From NCBI GenBank assembly GCA_037379345.1, contig CM074521.1, forward strand, positions 18,004,704 to 18,068,703: 64,000 bases of DNA, read 5' to 3'. The notes beneath the pieces were generated by a model, which ran no database searches, was not told where the DNA came from, and worked only from the letters and a program-made list of their open reading frames with translations. Every line of letters starts with the position of its first letter. The first letter of the stretch is position 1. Positions 1 through 14,765 of the stretch are shown in pieces. Position numbers and translations under genes: made by a program. Source of the stretch: Perna viridis (lineage: Eukaryota).

Positions 1-1118
1 TGAAGCCTTAAGTTCCCCTATGAAAGAGATAAGAATTTTGTTCCAATATGGTCAGGTTGTTGTGTGGACAAAATTTTGTCAAAGTTCTTACAGTGAGGCA
101 GCATGTAAACTCATGGTGGTGATAAGGGCAAGTGATTCTTTACATTTCTGACATACAAGTACTATGAGGCGAAATGAAATGTTACAAATATAAAATATTG
201 CGCCAATTAAATATCAAAATCTTAAGTAAATAGAAGGAAATATTATTTCCTATAACTATTGCAATTACAACTTATGGAAAATATCCTTTCCTGCTGAAGA
301 TAGAGAATGTTTTAAAAATATTGAAATTATAAGGGAGGTAACTGACATTTTGAATTAACAAACAAGTGCAATATGTTTACATCAGTAGTTCTTCAAAATT
401 TAGACCTGTTAACTTGAAAATATTTGTAAAATTGATTGTGCAGTAGAAATCAATTATTAACCAAAGATTGGCTGTCCATAAAATTGTTATAGATCCAATT
501 GGGATTCATTTTCTACTTATCATCATTATCCGATAACCCCGGTAAGTTGATTTATCACCGATAATTACCGGAGGGTTAATTACAACAGGATGTAGTTAAT
601 GAAGGTGATACTCCTTAATTGGCTTGGGGTAATTTATTAACAAAGAGTGGAAATCTTAAAGGGCCATTCAGACTATTGTAAATGGGCACTAAGGGGGTAC
701 TCAATAGGGGCAGTGGGGCACAAGCATGATAGAGACAGGGCGCTGTGCCCTTCCATTTTGCCCTAGCTAGGACACTGTACATATTCAAAAGTTCACTCAA
801 ATAGATTTCAAATTTTCTATTAATAATAATTACATGTACAATTGTACATATTGGTAGTATTGTACATGTACTTAAAAAATGAAAGAATAAAAACAACTGA
901 AACATTGTTTAACTAGTACAATATGCTCGTGTTTCAAGTTCATCACGCTTATCAAAATTAACTTCCTTTTGTTTAATCAAGCTGATACAAACATATATCT
1001 ATCAAAATATTTACATAGACATTCTAATAAAGAAGATGTCAATGTATTATTTTATGGACGTGATAATTTGACGACATATCCTAATCAGTTTGTACCTGTC
1101 ACCTGTCCCTATAATTAC

Positions 1119-4100
1119 CTGGTCAATTCTTCATGTAAGTTGTTAGGCTCTGATGAATAAAACTTCACTTTAAACCGTAAGGTATAGGGTGGTCCAACTA
1201 TAACAATAAAAAAAATTGTCATAATGGAGACTTTAGTGTAAACTTCAAAATTGTTGTGACATTTTTATTTTAATAAATGTACTATAATTCATCACAATAA
1301 TCAAAGATCTAGGTGCAATTGCATGTACAGAACAGAAAGAGAAAAACCATGTCATAGTGGTGTACCACCTTTAGAGTGGCAGTAAATATCTTTTCAGCCT
1401 TTGAAGAAATTTTTATGTATTTTTCTGCATTTAAAGTGTTAGAACTTACCACTCACAAATAAAAGAAAGTGACAAAAAATCTGTTACAGAAAAAAAAATA
1501 TTGAGAACCACTCTAAAGTGGTACACCACTATGTCGGTGTTCAGTCACGGTATATCTCTCTGTACTGTAATCCAAATATCACATTTTGCTCTGAAGTACA
1601 TGCACAGTGCACATGCAAAATTGCAATGACAAGCACAATCAACAATTACAGTGTCTTGAAATATATGTAACTTTTTGATATTATGTTAATTGAATGTTGC
1701 AAGAGTATTCTTTATACCTTATTAGAGGAGTAATAATGAACACGTCCATTTGATCTTCATTTTCCACTCATTTGTTTTAGTTAAGTTGTGTGATGTTTGA
1801 GACAAAAATGTGTTTTATATATCTCACTAAGGTTTCTAAAACCTTGTTATCATCAACAAAGCATTCACTTATGGTGTCTAATTATCTTAACAATTAGTTT
1901 GCATGTTTTTACAGGGTCATTAAACCAAGCTGTCAATAGAAGATTATTCAGACAGCCTACAGATTTGTACATCATAAAAATAATGTTTGTGCTCTTATAA
2001 ACAAGATGTTTCAGGCTACTTTGTGCTAAAAAAATCTCCACTTAATCATTTCTATCTCACTAAGTAATACAGTAAGCAGGAAGAAGATAAGCAAAGAACC
2101 CGGAAATGGGAGACACCATTCAAGTCACCCATACCAAAATATTTAAGAATTCCCTCTAATAGAAGTTGAAATCTGTTACAAAAAATGGACGGATAAGGTG
2201 AGAAGTTGAAATCTGTTACAGAAATGGATGAATAAGGTGATTGCAATTAACCCCGCCCCACCCAAGTGGGGGTAAAATTTCTTTAACATTGTAGTTCCAT
2301 TTTGTTTACAGAAAATGTTACCAGTATATTAGATATAAATTCAATTTTACGGTTTTTAAAAGTCCTTTCAAAGGATCTTGATAATAAACAATGGTGTGAC
2401 TATATAAACTCTACTGACAATGATTGTCACATGATGCATATTTATACAACACTTTTACTCCAGTATCTATAGATAACTAAAAATGTACCTGTATAAATGT
2501 AAACCATGAATCAGTGACCTCAAAGGTCAAGTGTCAGGTTACAATACTTTGTTTACCTACCTGGAGGAAAATGTAACTCCTACACCTCTGACATATACAG
2601 TATGTACAATGTGGTTCTATAATATGATGTATAACAGACTTTCTACTTTATCAATGTAGGGATATTGTGGTGCATGTTACTAGTTTATCTTTTACTATAA
2701 ATATTGCATCCACTCATTATCTGACCTAGGTTTTATGCTACATTGTACGTACAGGTTTATTTTTATTGATAAGTAAAAAACTGTTTTCGAAAATGAATAA
2801 ACATTTTCAGCTTTTCTACATTTTAGTTTGAGTCTTTTTATTTAGATGTTTCTTCAAATTTTTATAAAATCTTTCCATAGGAAAAGCATCACTAACATTC
2901 TCTGTGTAATAGGAAATATAATTCTATAATGATATGCATCTCAGAATATATAGGTTTTACAATGCAAGTGACCAGAGTTATTTGCTTCTGAGACTGTAAA
3001 TAGCCAATAACTAGTATATAGATATGATTCTCAATCTAGGCAGGTAAAAGACTGACACAAACGTCCACTGAAATTTGATAAAATGTCTGACATGGGCTGT
3101 CAAAATTTCAGGACCCTTGGATATCCTAATGAAAAATATGGACTTACTTTTGACCTGTTTTTTAATTGGCTTTGTCACATCTAACCAATGCTGAAACCAG
3201 AAACATTAAATATTGTAATAGATAAAAATGACATAAAAGACAAGAATATACAATAATCTTATTTTATCATTTTGATATTTTATTGTATTTTCTACACAAT
3301 TTATTACTATAATAATTTTATCCAAGATTTATTACCACCAGTAGCTTCAGTTGGTTTCTTTGGACATGAAGTGAGCTCCCCCATTGAATCCTTAATTTCA
3401 AATTATTCCCTCAAATATTCTTTTATTCCTATATTTTTACCCTTAACTTTATGGCACAGATTGCCCATTACTATATTTTTACCCTTCACTTTATGGCAAA
3501 GATTGTCCATTACTATAATTTCATCCTATGCTTTATTACAACCAGAAGCTGCAGCAGGATTTTCTTTTTTGACGGAAAATCTGTGTCCTTCCCCTCCTTT
3601 TAGAAATTAGATTTTTGGCATCCCATTGAAATTTAAAGGATTTTTCTTCACATTAGAAACATAGATTGCTTGTACCTACATTGACATTATGAGGGTCTGT
3701 GTATTGCAGTCCAAAATAGTCCTTTTCTATAATGTCTAAATGATAAAGCACTTGTTCCATAAGGGCACTTCCTAAGGCTCGTTTCTGAAAAGAAATAATA
3801 ATATACATGTACATAAGGACACTTCCTAAGACTCGTTTCTGAAAAAAAAAGATGCTATGCATGTACAAAACAGCACTTCACAAAGCATGTTTCTGAAAAA
3901 AATAACACTATACATATAGAACTGAACCTTATTCAGGCTTGTTTAATGAAACATAAAAATATGCACATGTATTTGAGAATATCAATGAATTTCCCATTTA
4001 CCGATAGGTCTGGTATACAGTCTATACCAGTGGTAATAAAATGTGCTATAGGGTGTAGCTTGATTCATCAAACCCAAATTTGTAAGGACACTACATGTAT

Positions 4101-7100
4101 GTTTTGGCTTGATACATTTATGAGCTTAGATTGTGAATTTGTGATTAAGACTTTATCACAGGCATCAGACAAATACGAAACAACCAATTACTCAAAGAGT
4201 AGCCATACAAGTAAAAATACAGGAAAAATCATGATGTTACAGCTTCAACTTGCTATTTTTTGCAAAATGCTCTATTATACCCACTTTTATATATAAAAAA
4301 CATAATAAAAAGTGTGTTTTAGGCTTGTTTTGACCTCTTTATTTCCAAAACAGCTGAATCATAAGTTTCTTGAAATTTTTAGACCAGTGTACCACACTTT
4401 CAAATTCAAATGGTCATATCAAGCGTCTACATGTACATGTATGAGACTGACAAACACATATTGATTGGGAAGGCATGGGTCCTGATAGCCCTACATGCAC
4501 TTACAAATAAATGTACATTGTAGCCTTATTTAATAGGAACTGTAATTCTCTCACAGAACAACTGAAATAAATTACTATGTGGTAGATAGTACGTAACACC
4601 AGAAAGATCATATATAAATGACCCACATTCTTAAGAAATTAAACCTTGTTTTTTTATGACAACTAATGAACCAATTGACTAATCCAATTGTAAATCTATA
4701 GTGTCAATTTCACTCTAACCTTGTAAGATTTCTAAATGAATAGCACTTTTAAACATTTCTCTTTTTCTAAATTTTGAGACAAAAATATGTTGTAAACTCG
4801 AATAACTATGTGCATTATTGACAAATAGTAAGTTAATTTTGCTTTATTATGAAGTGGAATCCCACAGTATGATATACATGTACCTATGTGAAGTTTCTCT
4901 CAAACTATCAAAGAGCTGTGATTAGTACATTTGTAGGTATAGGGACAACTGCAACTTACATGTAAAAGATGCATACAGTTCTACAGACAGACACTACATG
5001 TATGCACAATATACAATGTATATGTATTGCCGGCTAATGGCTTTCAAAATATGAGGTATAACAAGAGGAAAGGCTTTCCAGTCATCAACACTTATTTATT
5101 CTATAAGTATGAATACCAGTACCAGTCTTAGTCAGAATTACAATAACACTAGAAATATCAATAATCAAATTTATATCAAAGACTCTAAAGATTTCAGATG
5201 TAAATTTGATTTCATCCAAACTTAAGCCGTCTCTACCTACATACATGTGATTACACCATTTCAACCCAATAACTTTCCCATTTATCGTGCCAGTAAGAAG
5301 ACAAGCCTAAGATTATACTATTTGCTCACACCAACTCAGAAAACTTTATTCAAATTCCTAATTTCAATTAATATAAGTTTTAATATTTTCGGTTTTAAAT
5401 TTTCCTTTGAGTACTTTATCAGTACTTAAACCATAATAATGTTTGTCTAATCCCATTATTACCCATTACCAGTCACTGACCACAACATAAACATTAAATG
5501 GACCACATATAACACCATAGTACTGCTGTGTTCAAAAGCAATGCAGGACCTAGGCATATATATAGGAAATAAAAAATTGCCCAATTTGCAGCGCTAATGA
5601 AATAAAAGGACATTGAGACATGTCAAAAGATAAACATTCCAAGATTTTTAAAAGAATAATAATTGTAGTCAAGAGAAGTATATGAATGGGACAAACATTA
5701 TTTCATTTACTTTAAAAAAAAATAGCAGTATATGGCACAACTGTATACACTGTATACATAAATGTAAGTCAAATTATTTCAATTCAGCAAATGTAACAAA
5801 TTTTAAAATTTCTTAAACACGTGACATGCAAAATATGCTTCTAAAAAGTTTTGAGCCACCTTGAATATTGAAATGAATAAAAGGTACACATTCTTGACCT
5901 TTGTTTTTTAATCTTGATTTAACAGACTTTACACAATTTTCAAAAAAACAGTCTTTTAAATTGACCATCAGCCCGACTGTCATGGCTTGTAAAAATGCTG
6001 GTGGGCTTGCAGAATTTGGCTAACATGTCAATGATTAATAAATAACTTCATTAAATTTTTTTAGCTTGTTGTTAGAATTTTATAAGTACATGTATGGCAA
6101 AGAATGAATAATACAGATCTTTCATCAAATCCACTTCAATGGAATTTCAGCTTATGCCATACCTATTACATAGCACTACTCCACTGGAAATCTGCCTGAC
6201 ACTTATGCCTGTACCTAAAACCTAGCACTAATAATCTTATTATATGATTATCAATTAGCCACCCCTTTGATCTCACACTGTTTGTTTACCACCTTGTTAA
6301 GAGAGCATATCAATTTAAATAAGATGACATAACTTTGGTCATGTCCATTTCACTATTGAAAGTCTGTCAATCACCAGATTGGTAATTGGCAATTTATATG
6401 CAATCATATGTAATCATTTCATAATTTTGCTTGTTAAATATATCTTTATTAGATACTTGTGATATCTCAATTTTTGTGCTGATTTACTGAATACTTTCTG
6501 ATCATACCTATAAACAGAGGGGGGTTCAGGGGGTTAACCAAGCAAAAAGGCCTTAGAAATTGTTATAAACAAGCTTTAAATTGGTTAAGCACTGAAAAAG
6601 TCTGAAAAATTTCATCCAAATAACCCCTCTCTGGATTGGCACCCCTCCCACTAAAAGAGTTCTGGCAAAAGGCCTGCTGAGTTTGATTAAATTATAACAT
6701 ACACTGTTGTAATTTAGTAAATGTACACAAAATACAATATCAAAATGCAAATTGACATGTAAATGTACCTCAAATATTGCATAAACAGCTAACTAGTAAC
6801 ACCTGCCCCACAGCTCTATAACATGTTTTTATTCACATACATGGAGTGCATAAATGAAATCATTACATGTACATGTATACTAAAATTTAACATAATACCA
6901 CATTGATGATCACAATGATAACCATATGTTGGCAGTATATATCTGTAAGGCATCAAATTATGTGACAATTTCTGCTGTTTGGCTCTCTTTTGTTGGATTA
7001 TTCAACACATATTTTTACATGTGCATGTACATGTATGTAAAAACACTATGCATTCATAAAGTAAGATTTTTTGGCAGGTCTATTTATTTCTTTCTAATTT

Positions 7101-10100
7101 TTACCATTTTATTTCTATTTCAAGAACCTGTGGTAAAAAATTATCTCAATTCAAAAAAATTGCTTGTTCTTCACCACTGATTGATAGATTTTATATGCTT
7201 TATATTTACATGTACATGTATGCTTTCTATGTCCTTAATTATAAGAATTTTTACAGTCATATACAGGTCATTCCAGATGTTTCTTCCCTGGACTCCACTG
7301 GGACTACCAAAATGAATTGTATAATCTATTTTCTAGACTAACACTGATTGATGTTTCAATTCTAAAGCTTTAATATCAAACCTTAAAATCTTTTAAAGTT
7401 ACTGAAACAACAACAAACAAAGATTCCCAGGTGTTGCAAAAAGGATTGTTCTTTTAAACCTGCACTTAAGACCACAAAGAAATAGTATAAAGGGTGTTAA
7501 TTTTCCCAAATAAACAGATGAACTTGATCTGCATCCTTGCTACACCATGATTGGATATTACAAAGGCAGCCTATCTACCGCTGATAATAAACTGTTCTTT
7601 ATTGTTTGCAATCCTATACAAAATGTGACTGTACTTCACAAACCACTTACACCACCATGAGGATGTTATTTTTACCATATAAAGCTATCTTTCATATTAA
7701 CTGCTATTTTGAACAATACTTGAACAAGTATGTATCTATTTTAGTGTTGCTATGGCTTTGAAAAGGGCAGGGTAATCCAGGTTCAAAAACGACAATCTAG
7801 CAAGTTGAAGAAAAATTTAAGGCTCATCATGCAAGCATTAATTAGCAGGAGTAGTGAACTGCTGAGCTCAGATGCATTTACAAAGTGAAGTCATGAATAC
7901 ATGTACTTATGAATGTTCTGCAAAAAACTCAAAAGTCAAGGGACAAAGACATTTAAGCAAACAAAATAACAGTAGAAACAAACAAAATGCTGCATGCTAC
8001 ATCATGCTAAGAATACCCCCACTAAACCATTTCAGCTGAAGCTGCAAAAAGGAAGATAATCAACGGAACCAAGTTTATAGCGGTAATCAAAAGAATGTAA
8101 TTCAGGGACAAAGGCCAGACATGGAAAACAGACATACATAACAAAGAACATAAAGTATCTAAAATCATACATACTTTACAAAGTAACAAAAGCAAATAAG
8201 CAACTCTGACTCCACTAAAAACTGGGAGCATGGACCAGGTGCACAGTATAAGTCATAATGAAAAGCAATTAACCAAATATCTAAGCATTTCCTGTAATAT
8301 AATACATGTACATAAACATTGTAAGCTGGGAAATACATGTATGTTCAGAAAATTTCCATTAATTTTGTACATTTTGTACCACCTGAAAAGGGAAGACACA
8401 GTACAAGTCATCATGCAAAAGCAATATATCAAATATCTAATTCCCACCAATAGAAGCTGAGAAATCTTAGAAAAAGTGTAATGGACAGACGGACAATGTA
8501 ATTGCAATATAGCCCAACTGTTATGACTGAAGGTGTAATAATAATAAAAAAAAATAACCGACATAAAAATAAATAGACATAATTACTGCAGTCAAAAGTT
8601 TGATCAGAAACCAGAAATCCAAAATATACACACAAGTGAGTGGAAGAGAAACATACATGCACATGTATATGTACAAGTAGATTCTATAAAAAAAAAGAAT
8701 AGTAATACATGTTGAAAGTGCACCTCTTTATAAGGTTAAGCAAGCTCTGCCATTTTAGAAAGACTGCTGAGCCCATTAATGTCTGGTTGAAAGGAAGAAA
8801 TGACATAATCAAACTATCAATGTTGATAAAGATTGAGTGTGCAAGTACAAATGTATATCATGACGACTTTTTTTTGCTAAGTCACTGAGACTTGACATAA
8901 CTGTCAAATGTCAGCATCTATGGTTTTCATAGGATAAGATTCTCTAAGGTATATCCTCAGATCAATTTCATATAATAGATAGTACACTATATAACTTTAG
9001 GCTACCAGCTGTGTATCTCTATTTGAATTTTAAAACTTATAATCACACATGGCAGGCTAACAATGACAATGACTTCAATAACCTTAATTGTTGGTTAACA
9101 TTTTTCAATATTTAAGATGATCAGGGAAACGACATAGCCACCGACCCAAGTCCCGTTCAGTGACACCGATTTAAAGGGATAATGATATCCAGGCAGTACT
9201 TGAGATTTTTCTCAAAAAGCCCATTATCAGAAAAATCTGACATTGGTAAACATTCTATCCATAACAATTTTAAACGCAAGTTCATTATCTGATTGAAATT
9301 TTGGGAATGAAATTTTGAAATCTATGTATCTGGTTCAATTGCACTCAATTAAGAAGAAAATGAAACTTTAAAACGGATACTATGTCCCTTGATGGAAATC
9401 AGAATTACCAAAACACCATGGACAGAGAAAGGCAATTCTATAAACTATTCAGTCTAAATTAAGGAATCAGGATAGGACTATTGATAAAATTAAAGAATAA
9501 ATGGCTAATACATTTTTGTATATTGGTGAAACATACAGATAATTTTCATGTACAATACTACATGTACATGTATTTACTTATATGCATTTTTTTCATCAGA
9601 ATTTAGATGTAAACAAGCACTATATACAACAGGTGAAGATCCTTGCCAGTTAAGTACAACATGATACTTCATTATATAAAATGTATGTACCTTACAAAGC
9701 TTAAAGAAATTCAAACAATTTGCATTATGTACATTAAGAGTAAATTTACTTCCAACTTCTGTACTCAATAACATTACATTTGTACATGTACACACTACAC
9801 AAAACATGTACACTGTAACAATCTAAGTAGATGTACATGTATAAGGTTAAAGGGCATACAATGATACTAATTTGACTCTACATGTATTAAAAGAGATTTG
9901 AAACTCCCAATCACAGTGTGGAGTCAAATGGCTTATACAACAGTTTTGTCCTTTTTTGACAATATCAGCAGGATGTCTGCCAAGCTAAGAATATGGACTA
10001 ATGCATTAAATATTTTTTTCCGAAAATTCAAAAGGCAAATTTAGCCCTAATATATCCTTGTAATGGACAAATCACATTACTTGTTTTTTAGCCTATTAAG

Positions 10101-11745
10101 TCTTCCTTATTTGTGCTCACTACAGACTGTTTTGAGTGGATGCAGGCAGCCTGTGGCCTGCCCTTTTTGATGGGTTTATAAGTAGCTGTCAACTTTCTCT
10201 AAATAGATAATAATCCTCAGATTTAATACATGTATGTGTTTTCAAATTTTTCTCTACTGTACCATGCACGAGAGTTAAGACCTAATCTCTACATCAGTTA
10301 AAAGGAGAATTTTAAGTAATTTCTATTTAAAAAATATTTTGTCTATGTAATCAATTAAAGCCACTTCTCCCTGTCCAAGACAAATGCGAGAAATGATCAC
10401 AAACACGAAGTTTTTGCTCATTTCTCCCTCTAGCAGAGTGTCCTTTTAGACCTGGATTAACATGCCTCCTAACACTGATATCTATTTCTTGTTGATCAAT
10501 AAGGAAAAAATATGTCTGTTTATGGTTAAATTCTTTAGGTATACATGTATGTACTGGTAGGTCAGCATTTTCATTTCATTTTTTTCCCTGTAATGTTCAC
10601 CTTTATTTTAACCAAATCATTAGACTCTTAGTGTTGTCTCATGCAGATGTTAATAAAATCTTTGCAAGTACAGTGGATTCCTGTTAAACATATAACCTAT
10701 TTATAACCTAATATGCAATTAACAGTTATGCTATTAAGTGGAATCAACCATATTATTAATAACTTTTTTGTGGTTGACCATACTACCCAGTCTAGCTTCT
10801 GCTTAGACTGGGTCAATCATGAGCATTGAAGAATGCGGAAATGCCATGTTGTCTCAAACACTAAAAGGACTGATAAAACATACTTGTGATTTTCGCTGAA
10901 AATTACCTATCATTTATTATTTTATTTTTAGTTAATGGATAAAATGGCTAGGAGGTTGGGGCAAAAAATTGGATTAGTCAGGTACATGTACATGTAACCT
11001 CATACTGACATTTCTCTTTCTAGGCCTAACATTGAACACATAGAATTTTCACTGTTGACATGATATATTTAGTCATTATTCTCTTCCACTGTGTCACTCT
11101 ACATGTATATACATGTAAATGTAACTGAAACGCAATTGCACTTAAAAAATCATTAAATATATTTTGTCATGTACATGTAAGCAGGGAAATTACACTACAT
11201 ATACATGTATAGCATATTAGTGTTGAGATTAGTGTAACTCAAAAACTACCACAGGAGTTAGGTGGCAGAGTGGCTATGGCCCAGTACTTGTAATCACAAG
11301 TTTGACACCTCAGTGGAATCGAGTCCCGAATGTGACCAGGTTTCCAGGTATCTACCCCAGACTGGAATATCTGGCTTTCCTCCCCTACAAGCCTGGTGAA
11401 CATGCAAGAAACTCACACTACCAAAATGGTCATTAATCTGGTTGGCAGTTGAAAAGCTCTACAGAGCCTATGTTAAGATAATGACTGACTTGTACACCTA
11501 TGTGTATAATTTCACCAAAGTTAAATAAAATACCATCTGAAAATATAAGTGCATGTCAGTTGTTACTACAATATTATCTAGACGACAATGAATTCACTTA
11601 CAGGCAAATCAATTGTAAAATCAGTTCCATCTAAAAGCATTACTACACATGGTATAACATTTTTCTTCTTGGGGTGTCCGATTTCTGTTCGCTTTATACC
11701 CCTGCCTGTCCTTCGACGGGACAAAAATCGGAAGAACTTCGACAT
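1119..11745 (-). CDS. EPB41L5: FERM-domain protein of the band 4.1-like 5/4B (yurt/moe) group; first four coding exons, gene continues left of the window
   Basis: Exons 11745-11602 ([12 protein letters not shown]...[16 protein letters not shown]), 3784-3680 ([35 protein letters not shown]), 3190-3148 ([14 protein letters not shown]) and 1197-1119 ([27 protein letters not shown]). All introns GT-AG with compatible phases. IGPPYT...[15 protein letters not shown] is the EPB41L5/4B/yurt signature. Confidence 0.9.
1353..1533. mobile_element. Short TIR element (MITE-like)
   Basis: About 25-bp terminal inverted repeats, CATAGTGGTGTACCAC(C)TTTAGAGTGG ... CCACTCTAAAGTGGTACACCACTATG. No clear TSD. Confidence 0.6.
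2161..3516. repeat. Two unrelated small intronic tandem duplications: 40 bp x2 at 2161-2240 and 42 bp x2 at about 3429-3516
   Basis: AGAAGTTGAAATCTGTTACA..ATGGA...ATAAGGTG occurs twice; CTATATTTTTACCCTT.ACTTTATGGCA.AGATTG.CCATTA occurs twice. Confidence 0.7.
3757..3915 (-). repeat. 54-bp tandem repeat (3 copies) spanning the EPB41L5 exon 2 acceptor
   Basis: TTTCAG|AAAC acceptor copies at 3785-3786, 3839-3840 and 3893-3894, each followed by a copy of the first exon codons. Confidence 0.85.
8050..8245 (-). mobile_element. Interspersed repeat family A (about 200-240 bp)
   Basis: Reverse complement matches 41870-42107. Further copies at 22697-22885 and, partially, 36040-36135. Confidence 0.8.
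11254..11530 (+). mobile_element. tRNA-derived SINE-like element in EPB41L5 intron 1
   Basis: A-box-like TGGCAGAGTGG, B-box-like GAATCGAGTCC and an A-rich AAATAAAAA end. Confidence 0.6.
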
Positions 11746-11889
11746 TTTCAAGGTGAATGTCAAACCAAAGTTAAAATCATCGTAAAATCATGTCAGTTGC
11801 TAAAAGAAGTACACTATGATTCAAAATAATCCATTATTTTGCACAAAATGAGTCATTTCTAGGTTTGTAAACAGTTGCCTTCTTTATAT

Positions 11890-11955
11890 TTTTTTGCCGG
11901 AAGTAGTAAATGAATTTAGCCTCGATATCAATTCAAGATGTCTGCGCCCATGTAA
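11890..11955. promoter_or_regulatory. Putative bidirectional promoter core for EPB41L5/TMEM177
   Basis: ETS-type CCGGAAGT at 11897-11904 and YY1-like AAGATGTCTGCGCCCATG at 11935-11952. These lie 150-200 bp upstream of the EPB41L5 ATG, between divergent genes. Confidence 0.55.
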
Positions 11956-14765
11956 CATTCTAGTTCTCAGTGAAACGAATTCTAACAAAACAAGTCCTTG
12001 TCGATGATGTAGAATGACAACTTATCTAGATCACACAATGTTTATCAAATGACAAGCACAGGGTTTTAAACGTTAGTTTTGAACTTTAATATTTGTCGAA
12101 ATGACAATTGTGCGAAAGATCTAGCCTTTGGCTTTTCTATATCCCATTTCATAGTTTTGACCTTGCTGAATTTGTACATGGTTTTGAAGATACAGTGTAT
12201 CTTGTAATATAAGGCAGGTGTTATCTGAAAGAGGACTTAATCATAAGTTAAAAGTTTCCTGTTTATAAGCTGTGACTAAGGAATTTTATAGTAATCTACA
12301 TGTACTATATAAAGTTTTGAATACATGTACATGAATTCACACTGTCTGTGGCCAGTGTGGGAGACCTGACAGGGTAGTCAAGGACGTTAAAAACCTTTCA
12401 CTCATCTGAATTCACACTTGTCATCTTGTTTCGAAGGACCCCAGATTTGTTTCCGAATGACCTTCTGACGTCAATGAAACAATGTAATTTTAAATTGCGA
12501 TCTCATTAATCATTGAGTTGAAGGAGAATTCAGCACAAAAACAATGGGAAAATATATTATTTTAGCCAATGGTGTCCACAAGTGTAAATACATTTATATT
12601 TTTTAGTCTCATTGGCATTGCTATCAAATGTGAATTGTTTGGTTTTTGTTTTTGTTTTTTTTTAAATATGAGGAAGGCAATGGCCTTATGTGCAAGCCAA
12701 GTGTTGGGCAAGAGTACCAGGTTGCCTTTTCAACTTAGAAGACTTCATGCTATTTATCATTTTGCCAATTTTATTGGAAATTTTCATCAGTAATAAGTGG
12801 GAGAGGGCAAAAGGCATTCCAAATATTAGAAAATTATTGGAAGAACTGTTGCAGGCTCCATATAGATTGCAGGGTTTTATCAATATCTGCATTTTAACTA
12901 CTTCTGAACTTTAATATATTCCGATGTAGTGTTTTGCTTGTGAAAGTTCAGAATGATGAATTTTTATGCTTTTAATAGCAAACTTCACTGGCTTAGAAGA
13001 CAGTGAAAAAAATCATAATTATGGAAATGAAACATAAATTTGTCTTGGAGCAATCTAACCATAGTCATATATAAAAATGTTGGAGTAGGTGTAAATTTAC
13101 GATGTACTTTCGGGAAACACACTGTTTTCCCCATCTTGCATTTTTTTCATCCTAAGTATATCAGATTCTATATGTTTATTATTATGATTTTCGGACTTCT
13201 CTATCTTTTACTGGTAAATGTACTTATGTTCTGAAAAGACGGATCAAAATTATTGTTTTCAAAAACTTAGTATTATTTGAAGGTTTGCTTATGACTCATA
13301 GTATGAGGGACAGGATTATTTATATTGAACCTCATCAATATACACACATTTAAAGTCACATTCAAAACTGGGTATGCACAATTGAAATACACTACATACA
13401 TGTATATTTGTACTTTAGCATGCATGAAAAGTAAAAGTGACTGGATCTTTCTTTTCTAAACTACTCTCATCATGTTAATAGTTGAAACCCTGAGTGGGAG
13501 ATTTTGAAATTAGACCTTACAATAGTAGGTTTTTGCAACTACTCATGTTTAAAAATTACATACAACTTTCTAATGAATTTTGTGTGAATTTTTAATCAGC
13601 ATTATCATCATTGCAACTTTTCTTGAACTATTGAACATAATTCCAGGAAACTTGATTTATAGTAAGGTAGGTCACAATATGCATGATATGTAGTTGTGCA
13701 AAATCACCAGGAAATTAAAACCCTCATTTTTTGCTGGAGCTACCCCCTTTAGTTTCCAGAAGTGAAGACTAAAGCTTCTTGTCATAAAAGAGTTTTACAA
13801 AAATTGGTACATGTATGTAGTAAGGCCATAATATGTAAATGTGCATATAAAATCCAGGAAAATTTCATGTTAAAATTTAGTGGGAGTTATGTCTGTTTGA
13901 ACTTAGATTTCAGAAGTACATATACATGACTTAATCATCATGTCATTATAATTCCTTCCAAACTGCAGCTTCATAATAGATTTTCTGGAAACTTGGTACA
14001 TGTATATATTAAGGCTTCAATAAGTAGTTGTCCATATTACCAGCAAAAAATATTATTCCTCTAATTTTTTCTAAGTTACAAAATATATGCCTCTCTTTGA
14101 ATTAAACAAAAATAAAGCCCAAAATGTGCTTGTCCACAGTGTATGTGAAATTGGTGTAGAGATTACGGGACTGAATCTCATATTTCATACTTTTCTTCTC
14201 TTTGGGCAACAAAAAAAAACAATATGCTGAAGACATTTTCACCAGACATTTTCTGTCGGTATGTGGTATTTCGTTTTCACTGGCCCATAATATTTCAGTG
14301 GAAACTTTAAGCTGTCATATCTACTCATTGAGCCACACAAAAAATTCAATCATTTGAAGCATTTAGAAAGGATTTTTAGTTCAACAACTCTATACTAAAA
14401 AGTTCTGAAATTTTAGCCATTGTTGTGTTTGAGGAATTAATCTTTAGAAACAGGCAAATCTGAGTTTGAATTACCTTTTGTAGCCATCTTGTTCAATTTA
14501 ACAGAACCAAAAAGTAGCAGACCTTCATTTTTATTATTATTATTATTATATCATACCTAAGTATAAAAAAAATGTGTCTAAGGAGTTGATCGCAAAATAA
14601 ATCTTTAATGATGAACGAGCCCTAATGCCAGATGATAACTTAATTTCACACGGACACGTAGTCCAGATGAGCTAATAGGACTTAGTAGAATTTTTTATTA
14701 TGTAGTACTAAGTTTAGAATTATAGTTTTTAACCAAGTCTTCTTCCTTTGCAGAATTCATAAAAC

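Noticed and set aside
1119-11745. FERM gene being PTPN4, the human neighbour of TMEM177
   Set aside because: [21 protein letters not shown] matches EPB41L5/yurt rather than the PTPN4 pattern I recall (KFFVSDPNKLQEEYTR).
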